From Candidatus Magasanikiibacteriota bacterium (lineage in GTDB: Bacteria > Patescibacteriota > Patescibacteriia > Magasanikbacterales > UBA922), in assembly GCA_016207245.1 (NCBI GenBank), contig JACQQA010000005.1, positions 64,068 through 128,067 of the forward strand: a stretch of DNA of 64,000 nucleotides, read 5' to 3'. The translations under genes were made by a program, and so were the position numbers. How positions within the stretch are numbered: the stretch's first letter is position 1; each line of letters opens with the position of its first letter. Shown in pieces: positions 10,201 through 18,109 of this stretch. The notes under the pieces are model-generated. The model did not search any database. It was not told where the DNA came from and was given only the letters and a program-made list of their open reading frames with translations.

Positions 10201-12073
10201 TGAAGCGGCGCAAGTTGAAGAAATTTTGACCGATGCTGCCAAAAAATTTGTTGATGAAATTAAACAGGTGAAGCTCAAGGATTTGTTTGAAAAATCATTG
10301 AACAACATAAAACAATTTGGCAAGCAGGAGAGACAGTTAAAAGATGTAGAAAGAAAAGAGAAAATGGAAGAAGATCCGGCAAAAAAAGCAGAACAAAGGG
10401 CACAAATGGATGGGCTTAGAAAGGAGTTGAAAGGGTTACGCGAAGACATGGAGGCGCAGGCTGGCATCCAAATGGTGACGGCAAATGTGAGGCAGAAATA
10501 TACTCAAGAGGCGACAGGTATCGCGAAAGGAGAATTGGAAGATGAAGCAGATACAGTATATACACAAGAGCGGTACGGGTATGATTCCCCAGCTACGGCC
10601 TTCAAAGCTTTAATAAAGAAAAAAATGGATGAATTTCAAGGAGTGGAAAGAGAGCAATCAGTAGAAATGGCAATGGGGTCATTGGCGCATTTGGTTTCTT
10701 TACGTAAAGCGGGGGAAAGGTTGTCGCGCGATCAAGAAGCGATGCTAATGGCTGGTGTAACGTATTTGACCAAGCAAGCATGGTCTGATGATTTGTTAGA
10801 CAGAATGGCCAAAAAAACCAGAAGATTGAGGAGCGGTGGTCTACAGGGCGAGGAAAGAAAAAAGATGGAAGCAATTGAAGATTTGATGATTAATGAGTTG
10901 CATTGGGGGTCGGTGGATAAAGATACGGGGCAATGGAAAATCGTCAATCAATCTGACAACCGGCGCACGAATGATCTGCATCGTTTAATTGCTTATGGTG
11001 GTGATTCTGAATTGCTTGGCGCTGAAAACGCTGTCTTGAAACAGATGAACGTAACAGGATTGGGTTATGGTGCGGCGGCGGAGAAGATCGCCAAGGAAGT
11101 TCAAGCTGCTTTTGCGGGTAAGGAAATAAACGTATCAGCGCCGGAATTTAGTAGTGTGGCAAAAAAATTAGGATTTGACCCATCAGTAGAAAGGGATTTA
11201 AAGCAACTGCAAAATTTTGTCAGTAAATTTGTAGTCGGTGCTAAAGATGCTAAGGATTCTGTGGGTAGGTTTAAGGATTCAGTTAAGGACCATTTTGAGG
11301 CAAACCAAATGCTTGCCGACGCCAAAAATTTAGCTATGGCAGTCGGTCATCTTGATGATGGTGGACACACGTTTTATGACCAAAATGAAGGTGTATTCAG
11401 AGGAATGACACCGGAAGCGGCTATGCAATTTATTTTGTCGGATTGGCGCAAGGTTGGTTCTGATGAAAGGATGAAAAAATTAAAGGTTCATACCATTGCC
11501 CAGATGAACGAAGACACTGGCACGATAGCAATCGACGCTCGCAATCGAGACGCCATTCGTGAAACTTTTTTGAACGTTGACACTGAGTTAAACTTCAATA
11601 AGATGGATGGGCGTACAGTTGATCAAGTTGCCGGTTTGGCAGCAGGCGAAGCCGCGTTTATTGACCCAACAACAGGTAGGATGGTTTTGGGTCACAAAAA
11701 TTCGAAAATGCAATCGGGGACATTTGGCTATATAGAAGATGCTGGAAAAAGAGAAGAGGCGGCGTTAATTCAGTTGGCGGACAATTTCGCTGTGTTTTTA
11801 AATGAAGCGCCGACGATTTTGGCTGCATCATTGGGTAAACGGTCAAACGTGGGATTTGACCAGTCTGTAACCGGCGTATTTAATTGTCAGTTGCCTAACG
11901 GGAAGGTTATAAATAATGTAGATGATATAATAGATTTTGTTGAAACATACCAAAGAAGGAAGGAAGATCCAAAGGAGCGCATTGATTTAAATAATAAGAT
12001 GCAAATAAAGAAAGCGTTTACCAAACGACAATCTCAGCCACGAAAAAAGAAAAAAGAAGGGGAGGAAGAGTGA
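7289..12073 (+). CDS. VirB6/TrbL-like polytopic membrane protein fused to a ~1200-aa charged coiled-coil region
   Basis: The first ~400 aa contain multiple hydrophobic helices (e.g. FFVVILLVIAIGTILG, LVASIVAMLFALLAMLVMGAYAIMMLL, VLIILSPMAFLFIAL), laid out like T4SS VirB6/TrbL-type channel proteins. The remainder is K/E-rich and heptad-like. It is the first gene of an operon-like run ending in PrgI/VirB4. Confidence 0.6.
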   Translation: MQSLFKRKFFLILKRFSGLLRLRKSRVGFGVLTAVLALGAAGFFIPSAARALGDMETFSGGLMLAISKFALGLGEFFIKMSIFFLRFFIALAQYNNYIDSPVVKLGWLMVRDVVNMFFVVILLVIAIGTILGMEQYQWNKTLVKLILSAVFVNFSNLISQLFIDAAHIFTLTFASAISATAGGNLINMFHFEKIYAITTGKVDVGVKGESFDMMGRTLVASIVAMLFALLAMLVMGAYAIMMLLRMTVLWVLIILSPMAFLFIALPQTTNRYGEWWKEFSNYVVLAPTISFFMWLAFATAGSGTLGSDIGITDSMLQSGQIDSVGALTLSAVTTWENMANFLVAIVLLFVGLQEVQKLNVAGGSVASKAKDFFGKVATIATGYAAGRWLAGKAAAGAKAGVGLAWKGTKTAAWYGVRGQQWKEWGQYQYASFQAWRKNTRRQPKLKTDEKGELIRVDGKVVWDTDEQGRVIMEEAPPEGIKSGIQHWLNKRVQADDFSAKRLKKMQDFEKKREELNSRYISANPSHKFFMDEAERNSVMEMRDENGEVMKDEKGKTKYIRTDIARFESGIEEFNKARSNDKTKEHAAMGQAAAGAAERYKLTGTEGKIPVLTIVVKKKEDETSINEQRAGHQIRSEFWETAMTNGLEKAKLDYASSEEGRQFLVNKDDLRLSTEAAKDNFVAIEKEIEEEALGEGRKEYEEMTARIEEEQKKLLSGKEVSLSAELTGIEDQIDEKQQKLSSPLMESADAARDEYLAKRKGLENNRSVVDKEAVEEMGKLSEDERKSMDERVSIENEINNAEKMLGEAKTQKEKSVASADVEGWKQVLADFDEKYKGTTLGAFLEKAKAHDVIEEKISTLDAEYNMEKLRREQEIERVVTTDPELQRLREERKTKEKALKEAGTKYQQTDEYKTKKAEVDSRIEEIERGMSTAGAERIKAKITRQTSEAAAKRAEEQAMRAAMGVNGLRKLFEAAQVEEILTDAAKKFVDEIKQVKLKDLFEKSLNNIKQFGKQERQLKDVERKEKMEEDPAKKAEQRAQMDGLRKELKGLREDMEAQAGIQMVTANVRQKYTQEATGIAKGELEDEADTVYTQERYGYDSPATAFKALIKKKMDEFQGVEREQSVEMAMGSLAHLVSLRKAGERLSRDQEAMLMAGVTYLTKQAWSDDLLDRMAKKTRRLRSGGLQGEERKKMEAIEDLMINELHWGSVDKDTGQWKIVNQSDNRRTNDLHRLIAYGGDSELLGAENAVLKQMNVTGLGYGAAAEKIAKEVQAAFAGKEINVSAPEFSSVAKKLGFDPSVERDLKQLQNFVSKFVVGAKDAKDSVGRFKDSVKDHFEANQMLADAKNLAMAVGHLDDGGHTFYDQNEGVFRGMTPEAAMQFILSDWRKVGSDERMKKLKVHTIAQMNEDTGTIAIDARNRDAIRETFLNVDTELNFNKMDGRTVDQVAGLAAGEAAFIDPTTGRMVLGHKNSKMQSGTFGYIEDAGKREEAALIQLADNFAVFLNEAPTILAASLGKRSNVGFDQSVTGVFNCQLPNGKVINNVDDIIDFVETYQRRKEDPKERIDLNNKMQIKKAFTKRQSQPRKKKKEGEEE

Positions 12074-12102
12074 GATTAAAAGTTAAAAGTTTGAAGTAAA
12101 AT

Positions 12103-13527
12103 ATGCCAATAGTATATTTAGAAAATCCAGACAAATGGCTGGTGCCAAAGAAAAAAATGTTGGCTGATTTTGTTTCGCAAGCAGAAGGTGTCTTTGAAGG
12201 GGGGTGGGAAAAGGGTTCTTTGTGGCAATTATTTTCTTTTTTTGTTGAGGAGATGGAGACGGTGGAGATTGGCGATAATTATAACGAGATAGAGAAGATT
12301 TATCTCACTTATTTTGCCTATTTGGCTAATGATGATTTTGCGGACATATCTAATCTGCTGAAAACCGCCGTACAAAACCGCGTCGGACAATCAAATGTGG
12401 CAGACACACGAAAGCGGGTTGAATTGCAAAATATATTGGAACTTAAAAAATCAACCGCGGTTGATTTGATTAATCGCTTGAGTTGGGATGAGCTGGAGAA
12501 ATTGATGGATCTCTACGCGAGAGCCAAAAAGAAATTTATTCTAATTAGCACCGCTCTCTTGCATTACCAGCCCGCGCGCTCTCTTGATTATGAACAACTA
12601 AAAATGATCTTGCTCGGAGAAGAGCTGTCGGAAGAAAAAATAAAAGATTGGTTGCCGGTAGTTCGTCATTTGGCTCAGGGTTTTTTTGGCGACGATGGTC
12701 AGGTGAGGGACTTGGCCGTCGGCGTGCTGGTAAATTTAAAAGCGCAAGAAAATGGCGATGATAGCTTTACGATTACAGTAATTACCGCGCTCCTGCTGTT
12801 TGTCGCGTTCAAAGATTTTTATTCACTGAATAAAAATAATAAAATAGCACTTTTGAGCAAATATGGCTGGTGTGCTATGTTGATGGGTGTTCCTTGGCAG
12901 AAGAAAATTCAAGAAGGATTGACTGACGAACCATTTCTTGAGTACTATGTGTCATCTTCGGAGATTTTAGCAAAGTCGATTTTAGATAACCAAGAACCAA
13001 TAGTGGGCGGTAGCGCATTGTCTTTGGGCGGGTTTATCAGTCAATACGCGGCCGCCGTTCCGGTGGAAAAACAAAATGATTCACTCAGACAGGACCAATT
13101 CATTGCTGAATTAAACAAAGTAAATGATTGGCCGGAAGAAATCATGGTTGCTTTGAAAGGAATCCTTGATTTTTATTTGCACTTACGCGACTGCGACCTG
13201 GTGGACTACAAAGGCATGTTGAGCGAGGCGGGTGTTAAATCGCCACCGTTTGATTGGAGAGATTTAGTTTTTCGAGATTTAAGCGACGTAGATTTGGCAG
13301 AGGTGAGGGAATACATGAAAATTTTACGGCGGCCTTTTTCAGTCAGATCCGTGATTATTGTCGATTTTATGGATGTCGATTGGCGAAAAGAGCCGTATTT
13401 ATCGCGTCTTTTGACTTTAAGCGAAGTTTATGAAGAGATATATGGCCCCATTCACGAACCGTTGGTTTATTTTGATGATAAAACCGGACAGTGGGAATTG
13501 AATCAGACAAGGCCGCCAATTATTTAA
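12103..13527 (+). CDS. Hypothetical cytoplasmic protein (474 aa)
   Basis: Long ORF tightly spaced after the VirB6-like gene. No motif recognised. The C-terminal half shows weak by-eye similarity to the next ORF. Confidence 0.6.
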   Translation: MPIVYLENPDKWLVPKKKMLADFVSQAEGVFEGGWEKGSLWQLFSFFVEEMETVEIGDNYNEIEKIYLTYFAYLANDDFADISNLLKTAVQNRVGQSNVADTRKRVELQNILELKKSTAVDLINRLSWDELEKLMDLYARAKKKFILISTALLHYQPARSLDYEQLKMILLGEELSEEKIKDWLPVVRHLAQGFFGDDGQVRDLAVGVLVNLKAQENGDDSFTITVITALLLFVAFKDFYSLNKNNKIALLSKYGWCAMLMGVPWQKKIQEGLTDEPFLEYYVSSSEILAKSILDNQEPIVGGSALSLGGFISQYAAAVPVEKQNDSLRQDQFIAELNKVNDWPEEIMVALKGILDFYLHLRDCDLVDYKGMLSEAGVKSPPFDWRDLVFRDLSDVDLAEVREYMKILRRPFSVRSVIIVDFMDVDWRKEPYLSRLLTLSEVYEEIYGPIHEPLVYFDDKTGQWELNQTRPPII

Positions 13528-13533
13528 AGTAAT

Positions 13534-14490
13534 ATGACGGAAATAACAAAAAATTTTTATCATCACTGTTTTCAGTCTCCCGACGATGTGAAGAACGTTT
13601 TGGTTAAATTTTCTCAAGCCCGGTCAGAAATGGAAAAAGCTGGTGGTGAAAATTTAGAAAGATTTTATTTTTACGCGGATTTAATTTTGAAGAAATTAAA
13701 TACGGCTAAAGGCGAGGAAAAAGATCGGTTGGAAGGTGTTGTTAGGTTTTTAGACGCCGATTTAGTGAAAGATTTTATAAATAATCCACGCGACCCGTTT
13801 AAAGAGGTTGATTTGTCAAAAGAATTATTGACAGTAGCTTCAGGGTTGGGAGTATCGGCGGGTGCGGATCCATATGACCAGGAAGATATGCAAGCAATGT
13901 TGGGCGGCACATTTAAATTTTATAATGATATTCCTTTCGCTTATACACTGGGTTTGATTGTGGCAAATAGCAAAGATGTTGCGGTAGTGCCGGAGCTTTT
14001 GTTGGGATTTTTGCGTTTTGGCAACGAAAGTCCAGAGAGAGGGGTAGTGATAAAGTGGGAATCGGCCTTTCTTTTGGCATTGATTATGGCGGCATTATGG
14101 CGGCATTTTGGCGATTTATCAGATGATGGCCGTAAATTTTTACTGAATAATTATTTTTATTTGTCAATTGTAGCTGGTGCGCCGGTGCGATATGCTTTGA
14201 GGGATTTTGTTTATTCGCAAGGTGTTCGATCGTCGGAAAGAGGCAAGTTGGTGTCCGATTGTATATTAAATTTCAATTTGGAAGAAGTACCAATGAAAAC
14301 GACTCTTTCCGAATGGAAAAAATTTACTGAAATTGTAAAAAACTATATAGCTTTTCTTGGTAAAGAGTCGCCGGGTGGTTTTAAGCACGAAGAATTTTTG
14401 CAAGGATTTTATCAAGGCCAACCAAATAGGGATGTTTTTAAACGTTGGTTGCGCGATGTTCTGGGTATCTTATCTGATTTTAGCGCATGA
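13534..14490 (+). CDS. Hypothetical protein (318 aa), possible distant paralogue of 12103-13527
   Basis: Starts 6 nt after the previous stop. No motif recognised. Confidence 0.6.
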   Translation: MTEITKNFYHHCFQSPDDVKNVLVKFSQARSEMEKAGGENLERFYFYADLILKKLNTAKGEEKDRLEGVVRFLDADLVKDFINNPRDPFKEVDLSKELLTVASGLGVSAGADPYDQEDMQAMLGGTFKFYNDIPFAYTLGLIVANSKDVAVVPELLLGFLRFGNESPERGVVIKWESAFLLALIMAALWRHFGDLSDDGRKFLLNNYFYLSIVAGAPVRYALRDFVYSQGVRSSERGKLVSDCILNFNLEEVPMKTTLSEWKKFTEIVKNYIAFLGKESPGGFKHEEFLQGFYQGQPNRDVFKRWLRDVLGILSDFSA

Positions 14491-14495
14491 TATAT

Positions 14496-14599
14496 ATGGT
14501 AGTTCTCGTCAAGAGTTTCCCCAATACAGCCAAAAGATGTAAAAATGCGGTGAAATGGTAGTGTGGCGCAAGAAAAAAGTATAAAAAATAATCGTGAGG
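14496..14599 (+). repeat. Copy 1 of a degenerate duplicate of the 5' end of ORF 16512; contains a 21-codon mini-ORF
   Basis: ATG GTA GTT CTC GTC AAG ... AAA TGG TAG (14496-14561). 14529-14599 aligns with 15111-15200 (GCCAAArGAwGTAAAAATGCGGyrAAATGGTAGTGTGG ... TAAAAwATAATC). The TCCTCGTCAA-like start resembles 16531-16540. Confidence 0.65.
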
Positions 14600-14652
14600 A
14601 GTAGTTTCGTAAGACATTATGTCAAAACACTTATTTACAGCACGCCGGGTAT

Positions 14653-14964
14653 ATGGTGGTGTTTAAACCAACGATTTATGATAAAGATTTGAAAGTAATA
14701 AAAGGAAATGTTGATGCCGAACTGGTTTTACACTGTATGATAGAATACGCAAACTTTGATAAAGCAACTATTGTTTCCGGGGATGGGGATTTTCATTGTC
14801 CGATTAAATATTTGAGCGAGAACGGAAAGTTATTGAGGATCGGCATTCCTTCGCGTCGGAAGTTTTCTTCCCTGTTGCGCGGTTTTCGTTCTTATTTTTT
14901 CTTTGTGGATGATTTAAAACATAAATTGGAGTATAAAAAAAGACAGAGAGTGGATCAGGATTAA
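14653..14964 (+). pseudogene. NYN/LabA-like (PIN-fold) domain fragment lacking its N-terminal part
   Basis: GNVDAELVLHCM...ATIVSGDGDFHCPIKYL...GKLLRIG matches the C-terminal two-thirds of NYN/DUF88 domains. The N-terminal catalytic Asp segment is absent, and no in-frame extension exists upstream. Confidence 0.55.
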
Positions 14965-15014
14965 ACCTTTCACCATTGGCTCTGTCATCGTGATATTTAA
15001 AGTATATAATGAAA

Positions 15015-15200
15015 ATGGTTTTTTGTCAAGTGGATAACATTTATGCCTGCCCCGCTAAAACAATCCTCGTCAAAACCCCAACAATTACAACTTATTTTTC
15101 GCTTGATTTAGCCAAAGGAAGTAAAAATGCGGCAAAATGGTAGTGTGGTAGTAGAAAAAGTAGGGAAAAAATGGGAGTACGGTATAAAATAATCATAAGG
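15015..15200 (+). repeat. Copy 2 of the degenerate duplicate of the ORF 16512 5' end; contains a 42-codon mini-ORF
   Basis: 15060-15075 (ACAATCCTCGTCAAAA) is identical to 16527-16542 within the true gene start. 15111-15200 aligns with copy 1 (14529-14599). Confidence 0.65.
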
Positions 15201-15211
15201 TAAAGTTAAAC

Positions 15212-15240
15212 TTGACTTTGAAATAAAGGTATGGTAAAAT
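15212..15240 (+). promoter_or_regulatory. Promoter of the AAA ATPase gene
   Basis: TTGACT (15212-15217), 17-nt spacer, TGg-TAAAAT (15235-15240). Confidence 0.6.
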
Positions 15241-15269
15241 GAAAGTGCAGTTTAGAAATACATACACTT

Positions 15270-16508
15270 ATGATAAAAAACTTGATAAAACGTGATATTT
15301 TAGATGAAATTTTGAAGTATATCAATAAAGACGATGTTTTGGTGTTACATGGCGCGAGACAAGTTGGAAAAACATCCATAATGCTCTGTTTGCAAAATCA
15401 ACTGAATGCGGACGGTGAAAAAACATACTTTTTTGATCTTGAGGATTCAAGAAAAACAGACATCCTTGACGCTGGCGTGGAAAATTTTTTATCTTATCTT
15501 GAGGGGGCGGGATTTGATTTGAAAGAATTAAGCCGGTCGGATAAAAAATTATTTGTCTTTATAGATGAGATACAGAATCTTAAGAAACCGTCGTCTTTTT
15601 TGAAATTGTTGGCAGATCATCATAAGTATTTAAAGCTAATTGTGTCGGGTTCGTCCAGTTTTGATATTAAGAATAAATTTAGCGATTCGCTCGTTGGCCG
15701 GATAGTCAACTTTGAAGTTTTTAATTTATCATTCAGCGAGTTCTTGAGGTTTAAAAGCATTAACTATAACTTGGAACAGGTGTCTAAACTTGGCAAAGGG
15801 CCGATTTTTGAAGATGTCGTCCGTATGTATCGCGAATATGTTTTTTATGGCGGATATCCGAAGATTGTTTTGCAAGATTCAATAGAAATAAAAGAAAAAT
15901 ATTTGCAGATTATAATTGACACCTATGTGCGGAAAGACATAAGAGATTTGGTTAATATTGTGGAAATAGAAAAGTTTAATAATTTATTGAAAGTTTTGGC
16001 GGGGCAGAGCGGACAGCTTTTAAGCGTATCTGCCACGGCAAGCACAATAGGTTTGGCGGCGCAGACAGTTGAACAATATTTATCAATTTTAGAGAACACG
16101 TATATTATAAAGCTTGTCCATCCGTTTAGCCGTAGCGCCAATGTTGAGGTGTCAAAGGCGTCTAAAATATTTTTTTATGATACCGGTTTGTTGCAGGTAT
16201 TGCGTTATAAAGAACTGAGTGCGAGGATTAGCGGCGATTTGTTTGAAACTAGCGTTTTTGCCGAGCTCGTAAAAAAATATGGACGCGAGCACATACATTT
16301 TTGGCGGACACACAGGCACGCGGAAGTTGATTTTATTTTGGATTTGCGCGCTTTTCTTTTGCCGATAGAGGCGAAGACGAATTTTAGAAATTTTCAAAAA
16401 CATGCTGTCGGTTCATTTTGTCAGAAATATAAAGCCAAAGACTACAAAGTTGTTGGTTTAGAAGGAAAGAAAAAAGACGAACACTGCATTTATCCTTGGG
16501 AACTTTAA
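15270..16508 (+). CDS. AAA-family ATPase of the DUF4143-containing type
   Basis: Walker A is HGARQVGKTS and Walker B is LFVFIDEIQ. The 412-aa length and C-terminal region are typical of the archaeal/bacterial ATPase-plus-DUF4143 family, which is often found as an isolated accessory gene. Confidence 0.75.
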   Translation: MIKNLIKRDILDEILKYINKDDVLVLHGARQVGKTSIMLCLQNQLNADGEKTYFFDLEDSRKTDILDAGVENFLSYLEGAGFDLKELSRSDKKLFVFIDEIQNLKKPSSFLKLLADHHKYLKLIVSGSSSFDIKNKFSDSLVGRIVNFEVFNLSFSEFLRFKSINYNLEQVSKLGKGPIFEDVVRMYREYVFYGGYPKIVLQDSIEIKEKYLQIIIDTYVRKDIRDLVNIVEIEKFNNLLKVLAGQSGQLLSVSATASTIGLAAQTVEQYLSILENTYIIKLVHPFSRSANVEVSKASKIFFYDTGLLQVLRYKELSARISGDLFETSVFAELVKKYGREHIHFWRTHRHAEVDFILDLRAFLLPIEAKTNFRNFQKHAVGSFCQKYKAKDYKVVGLEGKKKDEHCIYPWEL

Positions 16509-16511
16509 AGT

Positions 16512-17675
16512 ATGGCAAATCAACCCACAATCCTCGTCAAAAAATCCGACGGCACGTCCGTAAGGATGAGTTGGGATGAGTTTCAAATTTACATGCGAAA
16601 TGCGAAAGACGCGAAAATGCGAAATGAGAAAAAAACGAGCGAATCACAGACTCCGAAATCAAAAATCATAACTCCTAAATCAGAACCACGAACTCCGGTT
16701 GGTGAATTGCCGGCGCTAGAGAGTGAAGTGTTGCCGGCGACGACGGCGCCGGTGAAGGAGATCTTTGTGGACGAAGCGAAATACATGCGAAATGCGAAAT
16801 ACGCGAAAATGCGAACAGCGAAAAATTATAAGATTGAGAGATTAAAAGATTATGGCAAAAAAGATTGGACGGCGGATGACAATAAATCATTGTTGGAAGA
16901 TGCGGTTGGTGAAGCGGTGAAAACGAAATCCGCGAATGTTTTGCCGAGCAAGAGGGATGATTTGTATGATTTGTTTGTTAAAGAAATTAGATTTCCGATT
17001 AAAGATGAGATGCGGGGGAGATTGAATTCCCTGGCAGTGTCTTTTGTTAAGGGGGTGAGGACCGAAGACCAGATGCGCGGGTATTTGCAAAGGAGCGAGG
17101 CGGATGGCGGGTTGGGATTTTCTGAAGAACAAACATCAGCGGTGATTGGAGCGATAAAAAAGGTTTGGCATTTGGCGAACACACCCCTCGCCCCTCTCCG
17201 AGAGGGGAGTTCGCAAATTCTCTCCTCCGAGAGGGGAAATTTAAGATTCCCCACTAAGAGTGAAGATCACAAGCTCCCTCCTCGGAGGAGGACGGGGGAG
17301 GTGTTGGGGATTAACACCAAACCTTTGGTTCAAGATGTGACGCCGCCGAAAGTTGAGCCAACCAAGAAAGTTTCCCTGGGGCCGATTGACGAAATCGCGA
17401 CAATGACATTGACAGATTTTCGCCGTTTGGCGACTGGCGGGATTGATTCGGTTCAGGTTTTGCGAGATAAGTTCTCGGCTTTAAGGAAAGAATCTGTTAT
17501 AATATACCTTCAAGCGCTGGACGCGTGGTTCGCGAGCCCTGTTTACAAAGATTACCAAAATTTAATCAAGCGCGCGGTGAATGAGGGGAGAAAGTTGACG
17601 GAGGTGGTGAACGATGGTGGTGGAATAAAATGGGAAGAACTGACGCGGATAGCGGAGGTGGGAAGGGCGGTTTAA
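16512..17675 (+). CDS. Hypothetical protein (387 aa) carrying three in-frame copies of intergenic-type repeats
   Basis: Long ORF. Contains the ATGCGAAATGCGAAA-type unit twice (16593-16626, 16785-16825) and the CCCCTCTCCGAGAGGGG composite element (17175-17310). The C-terminal ~110 aa look like ordinary globular sequence. Confidence 0.6.
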   Translation: MANQPTILVKKSDGTSVRMSWDEFQIYMRNAKDAKMRNEKKTSESQTPKSKIITPKSEPRTPVGELPALESEVLPATTAPVKEIFVDEAKYMRNAKYAKMRTAKNYKIERLKDYGKKDWTADDNKSLLEDAVGEAVKTKSANVLPSKRDDLYDLFVKEIRFPIKDEMRGRLNSLAVSFVKGVRTEDQMRGYLQRSEADGGLGFSEEQTSAVIGAIKKVWHLANTPLAPLREGSSQILSSERGNLRFPTKSEDHKLPPRRRTGEVLGINTKPLVQDVTPPKVEPTKKVSLGPIDEIATMTLTDFRRLATGGIDSVQVLRDKFSALRKESVIIYLQALDAWFASPVYKDYQNLIKRAVNEGRKLTEVVNDGGGIKWEELTRIAEVGRAV

Positions 17676-17721
17676 ACATATAAACATTTTAACTTTTAAA
17701 CATAACAACGAACTGGAGGAT

Positions 17722-18078
17722 ATGCCGAATTTTTGCGATGAATTGAAATTAAAAATGCATGAATATGTAAAAAATGCGTATCATTTGGCGAGAAAGTTCC
17801 CAACGGAAGAACTTTATGGAGTTACTTCACAATTGAGAAGATCCGCATTGTCAGTAATACTGAATTTTATTGAAGGGTACGCAAGATTTAAACCGGGCGA
17901 TAAACTACGTTTTTGGGAAATATCCTATGCATCGCTGAAAGAATCAAAGTACTTGCTTTACTTCAGTATGACCGAAGATTATCTCACCAAAGAAGAGTAT
18001 AAGCAAATATTAACAAATGCCGAGGAAGTGGGGAAAATGTTATGGCGTGTTATGTCGCCATTGCGCGAGGGTAAGTGA
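17722..18078 (+). CDS. Four-helix-bundle protein (23S rRNA intervening-sequence protein family)
   Basis: 118 aa. EELYGVTSQLRRSALSVILNFIEGYAR matches the family signature (..L.sQlrRaa.Si..NiaEG..r). GGAGG lies 3 nt upstream of the ATG. Confidence 0.8.
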   Translation: MPNFCDELKLKMHEYVKNAYHLARKFPTEELYGVTSQLRRSALSVILNFIEGYARFKPGDKLRFWEISYASLKESKYLLYFSMTEDYLTKEEYKQILTNAEEVGKMLWRVMSPLREGK

Positions 18079-18109
18079 TGTTAAGATGTTTTTATGTTAA
18101 GATGTTAAA

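Noticed and set aside
8051-10467. Numerous antisense or alternative-frame ORFs inside the VirB6-like gene, and similar sets inside the P-type ATPase (45944-47611) and topA (29671-32017)
   Set aside because: They lie entirely within long, well-supported genes and have low-complexity or hydrophobic nonsense composition. They are typical shadow ORFs.
14618-14665. A short upstream ORF (MSKHLFTARRVYGGV*) considered as the missing N-terminus of the NYN-domain gene via a frameshift
   Set aside because: It is only 15 codons long and does not contain the N-terminal NYN catalytic Asp motif. The NYN gene is better described as truncated.
15022-15031. DnaA-box-like AGTGGATAAC (reverse complement GTTATCCACT) here and again at 53225-53234, considered as a possible replication-origin signal
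   Set aside because: There are only two isolated 8/9 matches, 38 kb apart, with no cluster, no AT-rich unwinding element and no dnaA or dnaN nearby. Both follow a TTG(A/T)CA hexamer, so they are more likely part of promoter regions.
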